Origin: Eledone cirrhosa
Lineage: Eukaryota
DNA: 64,000 nt
NCBI GenBank assembly: GCA_964016885.1
Contig: OZ024742.1
Location: 199,640,001 to 199,704,000, forward strand
Direction: 5' to 3'
Shown here in pieces: positions 12,225-27,750 of the stretch. A program made the translations under genes and the position numbers. Under the pieces are notes generated by a model. It was not told the DNA's origin and did not search any database. It saw nothing but the letters and a program-made list of their open reading frames with translations. Positions within the stretch are counted from its first letter, which is position 1, and each line of letters begins with the position of its first letter.

Positions 12225-12466
12225 AAAACCACCCGAAGGGTGTTTTTTCTGCTAGTGTATATAATACATTTTTATTTTAAAAAAACAACAACTTTATCTC
12301 ATGGGAGCCATTTAAAAAAAATACTGATCTAAATTTATGTATTGGTTCTGTAATAACTCTTGTGAGTTAAATTCTACAAATGAAAGTCTAAACTAAAGTA
12401 CTAATGCTACTATAATATATCTTGCATAAGCTTCAACACATAACTCCTGTCATACGTTGATGTGAT

Positions 12467-15400
12467 ATGTCTTACATAAACTTCTACTCCAAAGTTCTGT
12501 CATAACACTAGTGCGATGTCTTACATAAACTTCTACTCCAAAGTTCTGTCATAGCACAAATGCGATGTCTTACATAAACTTCTACTCCAAAGTTCTGTCA
12601 TAACACTAGTGCGATATCTTACACAAACTTCTACTCCAAAGTTCTGTCATAGCACTAGTGCGATATCTTACATAAACTTCTACTCCAAAGTTCTGTCATA
12701 ACACTAGTGTGATATCTTACATAAACTTCTACTCCAAAGTTCTGTCATAACACTAGTGCGATGTCTTACATAAACTTCTACTCCAAAGTTCTGTCATAAC
12801 ACTAGTGCGATGTCTTACATAAACTTCTACTCCAAAGTTCTGTCATAACACTAGTGCGATGTCTTACATAAACTTCTACTCCAAAGTTCTGTCATAACAC
12901 TAGTGCGATATCTTACATAAACTTCTACTCCAAAGTTCTGTCATAACACTAGTGCGATATCTTACATAAACTTCTACTCCAAAGTTCTGTCATAACACTA
13001 GTGCGATGTCTTACATAAACTTCTACTCCAAAGTTCTGTCATAACACTAGTGCGATGTCTTACATAAACTTCTACTCCAAAGTTCTGTCATAACACTAGT
13101 GCGATGTCTTACATAAACTTCTACTCCAAAGTTCTGTCATAACACTAGTGCGATGTCTTACATAAACTTCTACTCCAAAGTTCTGTCATAACACTAGTGC
13201 GATATCTTACATAAACTTCTACTCCAAAGTTCTGTCATAACACTAGTGCGATGTCTTACATAAACTTCTACTCCAAAGTTCTGTCATAACACTAGTGTGA
13301 TATCTTACATAAACTTCTACTCCAAAGTTCTGTCATAACACTAGTGCGATGTTTTACATAAACTTCTACTCCAAAGTTCTGTCATAACACTAGTGCGATG
13401 TCTTACATAAACTTCTACTCCAAAGTTCTGTCATAGCACAAATGCGATGTCTTACATAAACTTCTACTCCAAAGTTCTGTCATAACACTAGTGCGATATC
13501 TTACACAAACTTCTACTCCAAAGTTCTGTCATAGCACTAGTGCGATATCTTACATAAACTTCTACTCCAAAGTTCTGTCATAACACTAGTGTGATATCTT
13601 ACATAAACTTCTACTCCAAAGTTCTGTCATAACACTAGTGCGATGTCTTACATAAACTTCTACTCCAAAGTTCTGTCATAACACTAGTGCGATGTCTTAC
13701 ATAAACTTCTACTCCAAAGTTCTGTCATAACACTAGTGCGATGTCTTACATAAACTTCTACTCCAAAGTTCTGTCATAACACTAGTGCGATATCTTACAT
13801 AAACTTCTACTCCAAAGTTCTGTCATAACACTAGTGCGATATCTTACATAAACTTCTACTCCAAAGTTCTGTCATAACACTAGTGCGATGTCTTACATAA
13901 ACTTCTACTCCAAAGTTCTGTCATAACACTAGTGCGATGTCTTACATAAACTTCTACTCCAAAGTTCTGTCATAACACTAGTGCGATGTCTTACATAAAC
14001 TTCTACTCCAAAGTTCTGTCATAACACTAGTGCGATGTCTTACATAAACTTCTACTCCAAAGTTCTGTCATAACACTAGTGCGATATCTTACATAAACTT
14101 CTACTCCAAAGTTCTGTCATAACACTAGTGCGATGTCTTACATAAACTTCTACTCCAAAGTTCTGTCATAACACTAGTGTGATATCTTACATAAACTTCT
14201 ACTCCAAAGTTCTGTCATAACACTAGTGCGATGTCTTACATAAACTTCTACTCCAAAGTTCTGTCATAGCACAAATGCGATGTCTTACATAAACTTCTAC
14301 TCCAAAGTTCTGTCATAACACTAGTGCGATATCTTACATAAACTTCTACTCCAAAGTTCTGTCATATCACTAGTGCGATATCTTACATAAACTTCTACTC
14401 CAAAGTTCTGTCATAACACTAGTGCGATATCTTACATAAACTTCTACTCCAAAGTTCTGTCATAACACTAGTGCGATATCTTACATAAACTTCTACTCCA
14501 AAGTTCTGTCATAACACTAGTGCGATATCTTACATAAACTTCTACTCCAAAGTTCTGTCATAACACTAGTGCGATGTCTTACATAAACTTCTACTCCAAA
14601 GTTCTGTCATAGCACAAATGCGATGTCTTACATAAACTTCTACTCCAAAGTTCTGTCATAACACTAGTGCGATATCTTACATAAACTTCTACTCCAAAGT
14701 TCTGTCATAACACTAGTGCGATATCTTACATAAACTTCTACTCCAAAGTTCTGTCATAACACTAGTGCGATGTCTTACATAAACTTCTACTCCAAAGTTC
14801 TGTCATAGCACAAATGCGATGTCTTACATAAACTTCTACTCCAAAGTTCTGTCATAACACTAGTGCGATATCTTACATAAACTTCTACTCCAAAGTTCTG
14901 TCATAACACTAGTGCGATATCTTACATAAACTTCTACTCCAAAGTTCTGTCATAACACTAGTGCGATGTCTTACATAAACTTCTACTCCAAAGTTCTGTC
15001 ATAGCACAAATGCGATGTCTTACATAAACTTCTACTCCAAAGTTCTGTCATAACACTAGTGCGATATCTTACATAAACTTCTACTCCAAAGTTCTGTCAT
15101 AACACTAGTGCGATATCTTACATAAACTTCTACTCCAAAGTTCTGTCATAACACTAGTGCGATGTCTTACATAAACTTCTACTCCAAAGTTCTGTCATAA
15201 CACTAGTGCGATGTCTTACATAAACTTCTACTCCAAAGTTCTGTCATAACACTAGTGCGATGTCTTACATAAACTTCTACTCCAAAGTTCTGTCATAACA
15301 CTAGTGCGATGTCTTACATAAACTTCTACTCCAAAGTTCTGTCATAACACTAGTGCGATATCTTACATAAACTTCTACTCCAAAGTTCTGTCATAACACT

Positions 15401-18054
15401 AGTGCGATGTCTTACATAAACTTCTACTCCAAAGTTCTGTCATAACACTAGTGTGATATCTTACATAAACTTCTACTCCAAAGTTCTGTCATAACACTAG
15501 TGCGATGTTTTACATAAACTTCTACTCCAAAGTTCTGTCATAACACTAGTGCGATGTCTTACATAAACTTCTACTCCAAAGTTCTGTCATAGCACAAATG
15601 CGATGTCTTACATAAACTTCTACTCCAAAGTTCTGTCATAACTCTAGTGCGATATCTTACATAAACTTCTACTCCAAAGTTCTGTCATAGCACTAGTGCG
15701 ATATCTTACATAAACTTCTACTCCAAAGTTCTGTCATAACACTAGTGTGATATCTTACATAAACTTCTACTCCAAAGTTCTGTCATAACACTAGTGCGAT
15801 GTCTTACATAAACTTCTACTCCAAAGTTCTGTCATAACACTAGTGCGATGTCTTACATAAACTTCTACTCCAAAGTTCTGTCATAACACTAGTGCGATGT
15901 CTTACATAAACTTCTACTCCAAAGTTCTGTCATAACACTAGTGCGATATCTTACATAAACTTCTACTCCAAAGTTCTGTCATAACACTAGTGCGATATCT
16001 TACATAAACTTCTACTCCAAAGTTCTGTCATAACACTAGTGCGATGTCTTACATAAACTTCTACTCCAAAGTTCTGTCATAACACTAGTGCGATGTCTTA
16101 CATAAACTTCTACTCCAAAGTTCTGTCATAACACTAGTGCGATGTCTTACATAAACTTCTACTCCAAAGTTCTGTCATAACACTAGTGCGATATCTTACA
16201 TAAACTTCTACTCCAAAGTTCTGTCATAACACTAGTGCGATGTCTTACATAAACTTCTACTCCAAAGTTCTGTCATAACACTAGTGTGATATCTTACATA
16301 AACTTCTACTCCAAAGTTCTGTCATAACACTAGTGCGATGTCTTACATAAACTTCTACTCCAAAGTTCTGTCATAACACTAGTGTGATATCTTACATAAA
16401 CTTCTACTCCAAAGTTCTGTCATAACACTAGTGCGATGTCTTACATAAACTTCTACTCCAAAGTTCTGTCATAACACTAGTGTGATATCTTACATAAACT
16501 TCTACTCCAAAGTTCTGTCATAACACTAGTGCGATGTTTTACATAAACTTCTACTCCAAAGTTCTGTCATAACACTAGTGCGATGTCTTACATAAACTTC
16601 TACTCCAAAGTTCTGTCCTAACACTAGTGTGATATCTTACATAAACTTCTACTCCAAAGTTCTGTCATAACACTAGTGCGATGTCTTACATAAACTTCTA
16701 CTCCAAAGTTCTGTCATAACACTAGTGCGATGTCTTACATAAACTTCTACTCCAAAGTTCTGTCATAACACTAGTGCGATGTCTTACATAAACTTCTACT
16801 CCAAAGTTCTGTCATAGCACAAATGCGATGTGTTACATAAACTTCTACTCCAAAGTTCTGTCATAACACTAGTGCGATATCTTACATAAACTTCTACTCC
16901 AAAGTTCTGTCATAGCACTAGTGCGATATCTTACATAAACTTCTACTCCAAAGTTCTGTCATAACACTAGTGTGATATCTTACATAAACTTCTACTCCAA
17001 AGTTCTGTCATAACACTAGTGCGATGTCTTACATAAACTTCTACTCCAAAGTTCTGTCATAACACTAGTGCGATGTCTTACATAAACTTCTACTCCAAAG
17101 TTCTGTCATAACACTAGTGCGATGTCTTACATAAACTTCTACTCCAAAGTTCTGTCATAACACTAGTGCGATATCTTACATAAACTTCTACTCCAAAGTT
17201 CTGTCATAACACTAGTGCGATATCTTACATAAACTTCTACTCCAAAGTTCTGTCATAACACTAGTGCGATGTCTTACATAAACTTCTACTCCAAAGTTCT
17301 GTCATAACACTAGTGCGATGTCTTACATAAACTTCTACTCCAAAGTTCTGTCATAACACTAGTGCGATGTCTTACATAAACTTCTACTCCAAAGTTCTGT
17401 CATAACACTAGTGCGATATCTTACATAAACTTCTACTCCAAAGTTCTGTCATAACACTAGTGCGATGTCTTACATAAACTTCTACTCCAAAGTTCTGTCA
17501 TAACACTAGTGTGATATCTTACATAAACTTCTACTCCAAAGTTCTGTCATAACACTAGTGCGATGTCTTACATAAACTTCTACTCCAAAGTTCTGTCATA
17601 ACACTAGTGTGATATCTTACATAAACTTCTACTCCAAAGTTCTGTCATAACACTAGTGCGATGTTTTACATAAACTTCTACTCCAAAGTTCTGTCATAAC
17701 ACTAGTGCGATGTCTTACATAAACTTCTACTCCAAAGTTCTGTCATAACACTAGTGCGATGTCTTACATAAACTTCTACTCCAAAGTTCTGTCATAACAC
17801 TAGTGCGATATCTTACATAAACTTCTACTCCAAAGTTCTGTCATAACACTAGTGTGATATCTTACATAAACTTCTACTCCAAAGTTCTGTCATAACACTA
17901 GTGCGATGTCTTACATAAACTTCTACTCCAAAGTTCTGTCATAACGCTAGTGCGATGTCTTACATAAACTTCTACTCCAAAGTTCTGTCATAACACTAGT
18001 GCGATGTCTTACATAAACTTCTACTCCAAAGTTCTGTCATAACTCTAGGGTGAT
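12467..18054. repeat. 49-bp satellite array, ~114 copies
   Basis: Unit CATAAACTTCTACTCCAAAGTTCTGTCATAACACTAGTGCGAT(G/A)TCTTA; degenerate monomers on both edges. Confidence 0.98.
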
Positions 18055-18354
18055 AAATTAATTATATATATAAGCTTCTAAACTTGAATCCTATTATAAG
18101 TCTAATGTGATAAATCGTATATAAGCTTCAACGTAGAACATAGGGCCGCAAGGTATAGATTTATTTATGTAATACAGTGTTCCATAACATATCTAGGAGT
18201 TTAGAGAATAACATTTAAGCACAGTAATTATTGTTGTTGCTGATTTTTTAAAGAGCAGCATGATATCGAGTATATTTGAGATTTTATAACATGTTTATGT
18301 CGTTATATGTCACTTTACAGAATAACATTTTAAAAAAGCTTATTAAAGATTACA

Positions 18355-18500
18355 AGGTGGCAAACGGCAGAGTCATTAGAGCATCGGATAGAATGGCTTG
18401 CGGTATTCGTTTTGGCCCTGTGTGCTTTGAGTTCAAATCAGGCTGAGCTTCTCTTTGCCTTTCATCTTTTCGGGCTTGATAAAAGAATCAACCGAGTACA
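18355..18500 (+). mobile_element. degenerate S1-type SINE
   Basis: GAGTTCAAATC...TTTGCCTTTCATCTTTTCGGG. Confidence 0.65.
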
Positions 18501-18548
18501 AGGTTCGTATCTTCGCACGCACGCACGCACGCGCACACGCACGCACGC

Positions 18549-18619
<71 letters not shown>

Positions 18620-19086
18620 CTCTCAAATAAATCGGCTTTGTTTAGAACTCCATCCTATCTCTCTCTCTCTCTCCCTCTAAAACAAATCAGCTATGTTCAG
18701 ACGTGAGGAAGAATGAACTTTACTACGTTTAAAATGCCCAAGACACGCTGTATCTCATAACGGCGTCTCTTCGACTCAGTCAGGACTTCTGTGCTCTTGA
18801 ATGGATGGATGGATAAAAGAATGTATGTAGAACACAATATAACAGGGCATTTATTGATTGTTTTTCTTCTTGCTGTGGTGGTGTTGTTACTGTTTAGCCC
18901 CAAGTTCGTTCCGATAGAGTAGACATATAATGAAAGTTGTTCCAGTCGTGACTATCACCTACATGACTATATTTGCTCCAATGTTAGCGTTCCTCTTTTG
19001 AAACACTCGGAGATGAATCAGGGGAGATTTGGTTGATATTTCTAGCAAATCTACTGACCATATAGACTAGTATATCAAAGATAGTA

Positions 19087-19681
19087 CAGTAATCCCCCTC
19101 TATATCGCGGGTCTCTTTTCGCGGTTCTGCTACATCCTAGATTTTTCTTTAAAACGTATCTAATTTCCTGTCGCTGTAATCCTCGCTACATCCCGGATTT
19201 TTCGTTAGAACATATCTATTTTCTTATTGCGGTATGTACGTCTGAATAAAGTGTTTAAAATCTAAACTTATTAAATAAGTTTGGATGTAATTGAAGTGTA
19301 AGGAAGGGGCTTTAACTATGAAAAAATGTTTTTATTTTTTATTCCATTACTGTTTTACGGATTGTGTTTTTCTCTAATCTACTACAAACCCTTCAGAGAT
19401 TAACGGGAGGTGTACAGTGTATTACCAAGCGGCTCACGTGGCTGGTAATGGTCGTCATTGGTAACTAGTGGTACGATGGTTGGTGGTAGTTTCTACACGA
19501 TCGTTACTGTCTCTTTTGGTGTTTAAATACGAAAGTGTGTTTAAATGCGTTTGTATGTACTTAAGGCATATAGGAAAGGTATTTTAAGGCTTAAACTATG
19601 AAAACAATGGTTGTCTTTAGGCTCTCTCTATATCGCGGTTGGTTCTGGAACTTATCACCCGGGATAAACGGGGGATTACTG
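19087..19681. mobile_element. Tc1/mariner(pogo/Tigger-like) MITE
   Basis: TIRs CAGTAATCCCCC...TATCGCGG and CCGGGATA...GGGGGATTACTG; TA on the left, CA (mutated TA) on the right; non-coding. Confidence 0.8.
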
Positions 19682-19759
19682 CATGTGATTGTGAAGGCGC
19701 GTGGTTCAGTGATAAGGGTATTCGATTCCCGGACCGAGCGGTGAGTTGTGTCTTTGAGT

Positions 19760-20102
19760 AAAGGGTAAAGGTAAAGACCCCTTTCGGTCACGAATGACCA
19801 TGGGATTTGCACCTAGAGTGTTTTCATCCGAGGCACAAGTCCGGGAAAGGTTGTTTGTGGAAGGCCAGCAGTCGCCCATGTAAACCAGTTTCTCCTCTCC
19901 ACGTCACCGATGTTGTCCAAGGGAAAGACAACGGCCGATAGAGCTTGACACCAGTGACGTCGCAGCTCATCATCTACAGCTGAGTGAACTGGAGCAACCT
20001 GAAAATAAAGTGTTTTGCTCAAGAACACAACGCAAAGCCCAGTCAGAGAATCGAACTCACAACCTCACGATTATAAGCTCGACGCTCTAACCATTAAGCC
20101 AT
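19760..20102 (-). mobile_element. tRNA-derived SINE family S2; homolog at ~30390-30660 (+)
   Basis: Minus strand TGGCTTAATGGTTAGAGCG..GAGTTCGATTC head, TTGTGTTCTTGAGCAA..TTGCTCCAGTTCACTCAGCTG core and CTTTAC-repeat tail. Confidence 0.75.
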
Positions 20103-20331
20103 TTTAATTCACGTTATTTCAGTCTATTAGAGCTGGCAAAAATGAAAGGGCCGGTCTTGTCATAAATTGAGCCACGCTGAATCTCCCTGAGAATTGCACT
20201 ACGAGTACACACGTCAGTTTAATCCTCGGCCACTTACATGTTAATTTCATGACAAGATTTTTCGAATAGTTGGAATAATCTTCGTCAAAACCGACGGAGA
20301 TCAAAGTATGTGTCTATGTAGAGTCTCCCCC

Positions 20332-20444
<113 letters not shown>

Positions 20445-21048
20445 TAGTACATAATTATATAGTGTAGTGTATCAATCTCTGTCTGTCCCTGTCTGTCTAT
20501 TACCATCATCATCATCATCATCATCATCATCGTCTTCGTCATCATCATCATCATCATCATCCTCATCATCATCATCATCATCATTTAATGAATGTTTTCC
20601 CTGCTGACAATGATTGAGTGGATCATCAAAGATCAAGCCAGTCCGTCACTGACCAAGTGGCTGACCTCTTAGACAGGCCGGGTGGTACATCTGACGTACA
20701 TAGCTAAGAACTTTATGGAGTGTCTCGTGTGTATTTTATCATGGCATCAACAACCAGTTCACAGAGTGTACTGGGTGCGTTTTATCGTGTCACCAGAACT
20801 AATGTGGATCTCGTGGCTTCAACACAAATGTAGACCTCACACACATACACACGTTATATATATATGTACTATGATACCTATATATATATATATATATGCG
20901 TGTGTGTGTATGTGTGTGTATCCCGGGTTCAAACGGGGGTAACCACAGTAAATAAGGAACTCAATACATAGCAGGGTATACATTTTTAATATAGAGATGG
21001 CTTCTACAGGACTAGAACTGTTTCATTCGAAGGAAATCATCAGGAAAG

Positions 21049-21127
<79 letters not shown>

Positions 21128-21133
<6 letters not shown>

Positions 21134-21453
21134 TAAGTTGTTAAACAATATTCGATGATTATGTCAAAGAATGAGTTTTACAGTAGATTGGAAGCACTCA
21201 ACGGAAAAATAATTTTCAGGAGTTATTAATATTAAAATATAAATATTAATAAAATAGATGTTCGTTTGATCAATTACATTTTATTATACATATTTCGGAT
21301 GTACAACAGTACGTCCTCATCAGACAAAATATAAAGTATTGAGTTCCTTACTGTTGTTACCCCCGTTTGAACCCGGAATACACACACATACACACACATA
21401 CACACACACACGCATATATATATATATAGGTATCATAGTACATATATATATAT

Positions 21454-21524
<71 letters not shown>

Positions 21525-21760
21525 GAGGTCTTCATTTGTGTTGAAGCCACGAGAACCACACTATTTCTGGTGACACGATAAATCAAGAATTAATCAAGGT
21601 AGACTACCTTGATTAAATCTTAACCATTTAACATCTCAGGGTATGTCATGTATCATTATATTTTGTCTGATGAGGACGTATTGTTGTACATCCGAAATAT
21701 GTATAATAAAAGAACATCTATTTTATTAATACTTATATTTTAATAATTTTAATATTATAT
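21128..21760. mobile_element. fold-back HHR element (family R3) whose loop holds an inverted copy of upstream DNA
   Basis: Arms ~21223-21333 and ~21656-21755; 21337-21583 is the reverse complement of 20780-20968. Confidence 0.75.
21656..21711 (+). ncRNA. hammerhead ribozyme motif (R3); also on - strand at ~21273-21333
   Basis: ATTTTGT CTGATGA GGAcGTA(ttgttg)TACaTCC GAAA TATGTA TA ATAAAA. Confidence 0.75.
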
Positions 21761-21968
21761 ATACATATTTTTTTTTGTTAATCGATCGACTTTCGTCAAA
21801 TCGGACCGAGGAAACAATGTTTCCGTCGGTCTTTCCAGTTGCTAGTACTATCTATCGGTCGCAACTCCAGGTAGAAGGAACAACGTGAAATAAAGTGTCT
21901 TGCCCAAGGACATAACGCATCGCCCGGTCCACGAATCGAACTCACAACCTCAAGATTGTGAATCCAAT

Positions 21969-22109
<141 letters not shown>

Positions 22110-22412
22110 ATCAAAAGATGGTTAAAGGAGTTCCATGTATTTTATTATGCGCATTTCAAAAACAAACATCATCATGCAATAATATTTGTGTTTTCATCAG
22201 ATAAAACAGGAGAACATGATATGAAGGCTAAAAAACACTTGTGGATAGTGCAGTTTTAAATCAACATATCACCTCCTACATTATATATATATATATATAT
22301 ATATATTCATATGTGGCTAATGAGTTTGTTTTGCTACTACATGATTTCCGAATCAGTTCCTTGGGGAAGTATTTTTAACTATAGCCTTGGACTCACAAAT
22401 ACCTATATGTAT

Positions 22413-22545
<133 letters not shown>

Positions 22546-22671
22546 AATATATAAATTTAGAAGGAACAAGGGGCTCTGTGGTTACTTGATAAAGTGTATT
22601 TAGAAATAATAGGAAAGCACAAGCAAGGGACAGGTCCTCTATTCAGTTGTCTGCTGGGGGTCACGGACATT

Positions 22672-22754
<83 letters not shown>

Positions 22755-22877
22755 ATGTCTGTGTTAGTGTGTGTGTATATATAGTATGTATGTAAAAGGT
22801 AAACAGAAATAACAACACAATCGGTACAGTATATGGAAGGGATATATTAGGTTAACGCTTGATATAGCAGGAAGAGG

Positions 22878-22916
<39 letters not shown>

Positions 22917-22917
<1 letters not shown>

Positions 22918-23535
22918 TAGCCGAATACCCGCGCCTTGCTGCGTTTCACACATTTTTTTTGTAAAAACTGTATTTCAATATTACTCAATGTAAAATGTAG
23001 TGCATGAAAATTTGGAAAACATTATTTTTTGTAATATATCAAATCAAAATTACATTATTAAATCTTATTCTTATTTTGTCTCTTGTAAATCATTTTTTTC
23101 AAAATATCAATTCAAAACTTTTGTGAATAAGCATCATATCTTGTCATTTACCTAGTTTCAATTTCATATAAATTGAAGGGAAACAATTTTCAGCGGGGTT
23201 TGGTGCCTCCGGGGAACGCTAATAGAGGGGTTTAACCCCCATTAGGGTGTCTTAATATTATTGAAATTTGCTGAAATTTTGTGAATAGGCATCATATCTT
23301 GTCATTTACCTATGGTTTAAATTTCATATAAATCGAAGGGAAAACATTTTCAGCGGGGTTTGGTGTCTCCGGGGAAGCCTTTGATTAAAATGAAATATAC
23401 TTATCCAAGTACCCTGAGCAATGTAGTTTCAGAGTATATATAGTTATGGGGATCTATCTCCAAAACTATAGGAGGAGTTCGTGAACAAACAAACAAAAAG
23501 ACAGGAACTACAACTTTATCTATCTCTATGTATAA
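22917..23535 (-). mobile_element. non-autonomous Helitron
   Basis: Minus-strand 3' end CGCAGCAAGGCGCGGGTATTCGGCTAG|T (subterminal hairpin + CTAG); internal ~105-bp direct repeat. Confidence 0.65.
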
Positions 23536-24497
23536 ACTTGGCATGTTTCTGTGCCTCTGTTTGCATTTACTGTTTGTTTACATGACCTAACTTTGCATAG
23601 AAACCGATCAAATAAATAAGTACTGGCTGTCGACATGATCGACTAGAATCCTTTGAAGTTTAATTCTTTCATTAACATGTTTCTGATGCCATACATTATA
23701 TTTCAAATAATCAATGAAGACACAGAGGGATTTACTAAAACTATTAATTATTTCATTATCAAGATGGTATCTACAACATTACTTAACAAAATATTCTTAT
23801 ATAGAGATATGCTGAAAGATTTTAGTTTAAATAGGAATCCTATAACGGGTGGTTTAACGAGTGGTTTAACGGGTGGTTTAGTTACATAGACCCTGAGCTG
23901 GTTTTGGCTGGGTTAGTACCAAAGGGGCTAAGGCAAGTGCCCTAGCACAACATGGGGCGTGATGTAATGAAGTATGAAACTAGAACAATAATAGCAAAAC
24001 AAAAGAATAAAATAATATAGGATTAATATTTAAAAAAAATATGGGCAGGCGATTTCAACTTACTTTTGTTTTTATATCAAAAATACTAGAAATCCGTCTT
24101 GAAGCTGTGTGTTATACATAATACTTAAAGCAGAGTAAGTCTTTTACTAAGAACCACCAATGTAGGAACAGAATGTCGCTTTAGAAAGCTGACAAGTATA
24201 TATTCTCTATATTTCGCTTGTCACTAGCTCACTTCTTATTTCTCCACCCTCAGTCCCGTTCCACCCTGTCCCACCCCAAACCACTAGCCCACCTCACCCC
24301 GTCGTACCAGCTATACCCTTCTCCCTCATTACTAGATACGCAACTTATTTGTTTGTTTATTTCTTCTTGTTGATATTTTTGATACTTTTGATATTTTTCT
24401 CTTCTCACCCCTGATCGTATATATATATATATATATATATATAAATGTATATATGTGTGTATATATATATATATGTATGTATATATATATACATATG

Positions 24498-24555
<58 letters not shown>

Positions 24556-24573
24556 TACATATGTATATGTGTG

Positions 24574-24609
<36 letters not shown>

Positions 24610-24650
24610 TAAATATAAATATGAATATATATATATATATATATATACAT

Positions 24651-24689
<39 letters not shown>

Positions 24690-24692
24690 CAT

Positions 24693-24756
<64 letters not shown>

Positions 24757-25366
24757 CAGGCAATCACATTCGTTCTTTTGTATATCTCTTGTGTTTCGTT
24801 TTGGTCCCTGCCCTGTCTGTATGTCACCCCCATCTCTGTCTCTCTTACACACTCTCCCTTCTCCACACACACGCGCACACGCGCACACACAGACACACAC
24901 ACAAACACACACACACTCATATATATATAAGCACTCCCATCCATAAATACAGAAGTGTGAAAGACACACACATGCGCACATAAACACACACACACACATG
25001 CGCACATAAACACACTAGTAATTTGATACATACACTTAAAAACCACATTAGTCGACTGTTAGTAAATGAGTAAACTCATACACAGAAGTACAAACATATA
25101 TATAAACATACACACGCAAACATATATATACAGACACATAGACACACACACACGCATACACACACACGCACACACGCACACACACACACATATATATACA
25201 TACATATGGATGAGATGTTACTTGATAAGACTAATAAGGCCATTCTTCAATTTAGTACTCCAAAGTTAAAGAAAGATAAATTCAATGCACAACAGAGAAG
25301 GTTAAACCGTTTCGTTGGCAATGCCATTGAACCGGTAAGCTGGACCATTGAGTCTTCTATTCTATA

Positions 25367-25580
25367 ATAATTGTTTCTACTTTTGACACAAGGCTGGCAA
25401 TTATCCAGTGTATTACTGGTACTTTATTTTATCGACCCCATAAGGATGAAAGGCAAAGTTAACCTCGGCGTGATTTGAGCTCAGACTGTAAAGGGCTTCT
25501 ATGCTATAATAATGATTACTGATTTAGGCGCAAGGCCAACAATTCGGGGAGAGGGGAAAGTTGATTAAATCGACCCTACT

Positions 25581-25585
<5 letters not shown>
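25367..25585 (-). mobile_element. two partial S1 SINEs
   Basis: Reverse-complement S1 3' motifs. Confidence 0.75.
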
Positions 25586-26428
<843 letters not shown>

Positions 26429-26469
26429 AGCAGTCGATTTAGGAAGCAATGCGAAAATTTGAAATGTGT

Positions 26470-26997
26470 GTAGAAGCTGGTACAATAATTCGCCAGCTTC
26501 AGCATCAGTAATCAAACGAAGAGATGTAGGTGTAAGAGCCAAACTCGCTATCTTCAACTCAATATATATATATAATCTTGGGCAATCACCGAAAGAATTC
26601 GATTGCCAATATAAGCGGCCGAAATGGGGTTCCTCTGAAGGGTTTTTGGAGTAATGTTACTCGATAGAGTGCGTAGCTCGGAGATCAGAGAGTCGCTCCA
26701 AGTAGAGCCGCTACTTCTCTGAATTGAGAAATCACAGCTCTGATACGATGAGCATGTGGTTAAAATGTCTCAAGAAAGAATCACTGCACAGATTTGACGC
26801 ACAAAACCAACCGGCAGGAGACCCAGGAGTAGCCCCGAGCAAGATGGTTGAATAACATCCATGAGCTTGACTGATCTCACTTGGGGATCCAGCCGGATCA
26901 GTTGGAGACGCTTGCCTCTGACATGACTCACTGGAAAGAGTGTTCGCGGACCCTTCCACCATGACACTTTTATGAATAAGCAGGCGAAGAAGAAGAT
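26470..26997 (+). pseudogene. 3' fragment of RTE-clade LINE (Rex3/Expander-like)
   Basis: Manual translation AAEMGFL*RVFGVMLLDRVRSSEIRESLQVEPLLL*IEKSQL matches the typical RTE C-terminus; stops present; GAA-repeat tail. Confidence 0.75.
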
Positions 26998-27710
26998 GCG
27001 TGTGCGTCACCCTTGTGGACGAAAATAAGTGGACAAAGGCACCTGCGCGGATTCGAACCCGACCTGTTTTGGATGTTGGGCGAGTTCATTTACCCGATTT
27101 TTCTCAACCATTGTTTATTGACATCAACTATTATCAAAGTCATTTGCGTTAGGACATACACATTTCAAATTATCAATTTTCCCAACGATTCTTAACTCAA
27201 CTGATTTGTTTACACTTCTAGCTATAGGCTTAAAATCGTCAATGGAATTGGTAGATGCATCCTCTTTAGCATAATGGTTAATTCACTCGTCCTGTATCCC
27301 AGAGATGTGTGAGTTCGATTCCCCGAAGCCGTCTCAATCTATTTTTTACGTCTCAAGGAGTACTTTTCTGAACTATTATCTATATTGATTGAAAATTATT
27401 ATAATCATTTGTGTTGAGACACACATAAAAAAATATATATAGAACATCTAGCAGCACTAGGAGCCTTCTCACACAGCAACAGTTTTTTTCAGGCAGTCCC
27501 CGGGTCCCAAAGTATAACAATATATATATATACATCAACAATTTAAACTGTTATCAGCTCTGTTGGTCAACACTAACAGAGAACGAAAGAAAACTTCGGA
27601 CAAAAATATGAACTTTCCTCTCTAAATATGTATGTAAAAACGAAAATCTTTTTTTCTCCATTTCATTATCATTCGTATAAATATGTAATTTAACTGCACT
27701 ATACACTTCT

Positions 27711-27750
27711 GTCGTTGAAAAAGCATATAAAGCTGAAACTGGTACACGAT
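27711..27750 (+). ncRNA. candidate HHR, U3-A8 core variant
   Basis: TTGAAAA AGC(atataaa)GCT GAAA CTGG TA; stem I weak; lies in a ~330-bp block between microsatellites. Confidence 0.4.

Noticed and set aside
12467-18054. CRISPR-like regular array
   Set aside because: No unique spacers and no cas genes; it is a head-to-tail eukaryotic satellite. The 49-bp period is non-coding, and I found no HHR core on either strand.
27260-27335. tRNA gene
   Set aside because: A/B-box-like motifs are present but there is no proper cloverleaf; more likely a decayed SINE head.
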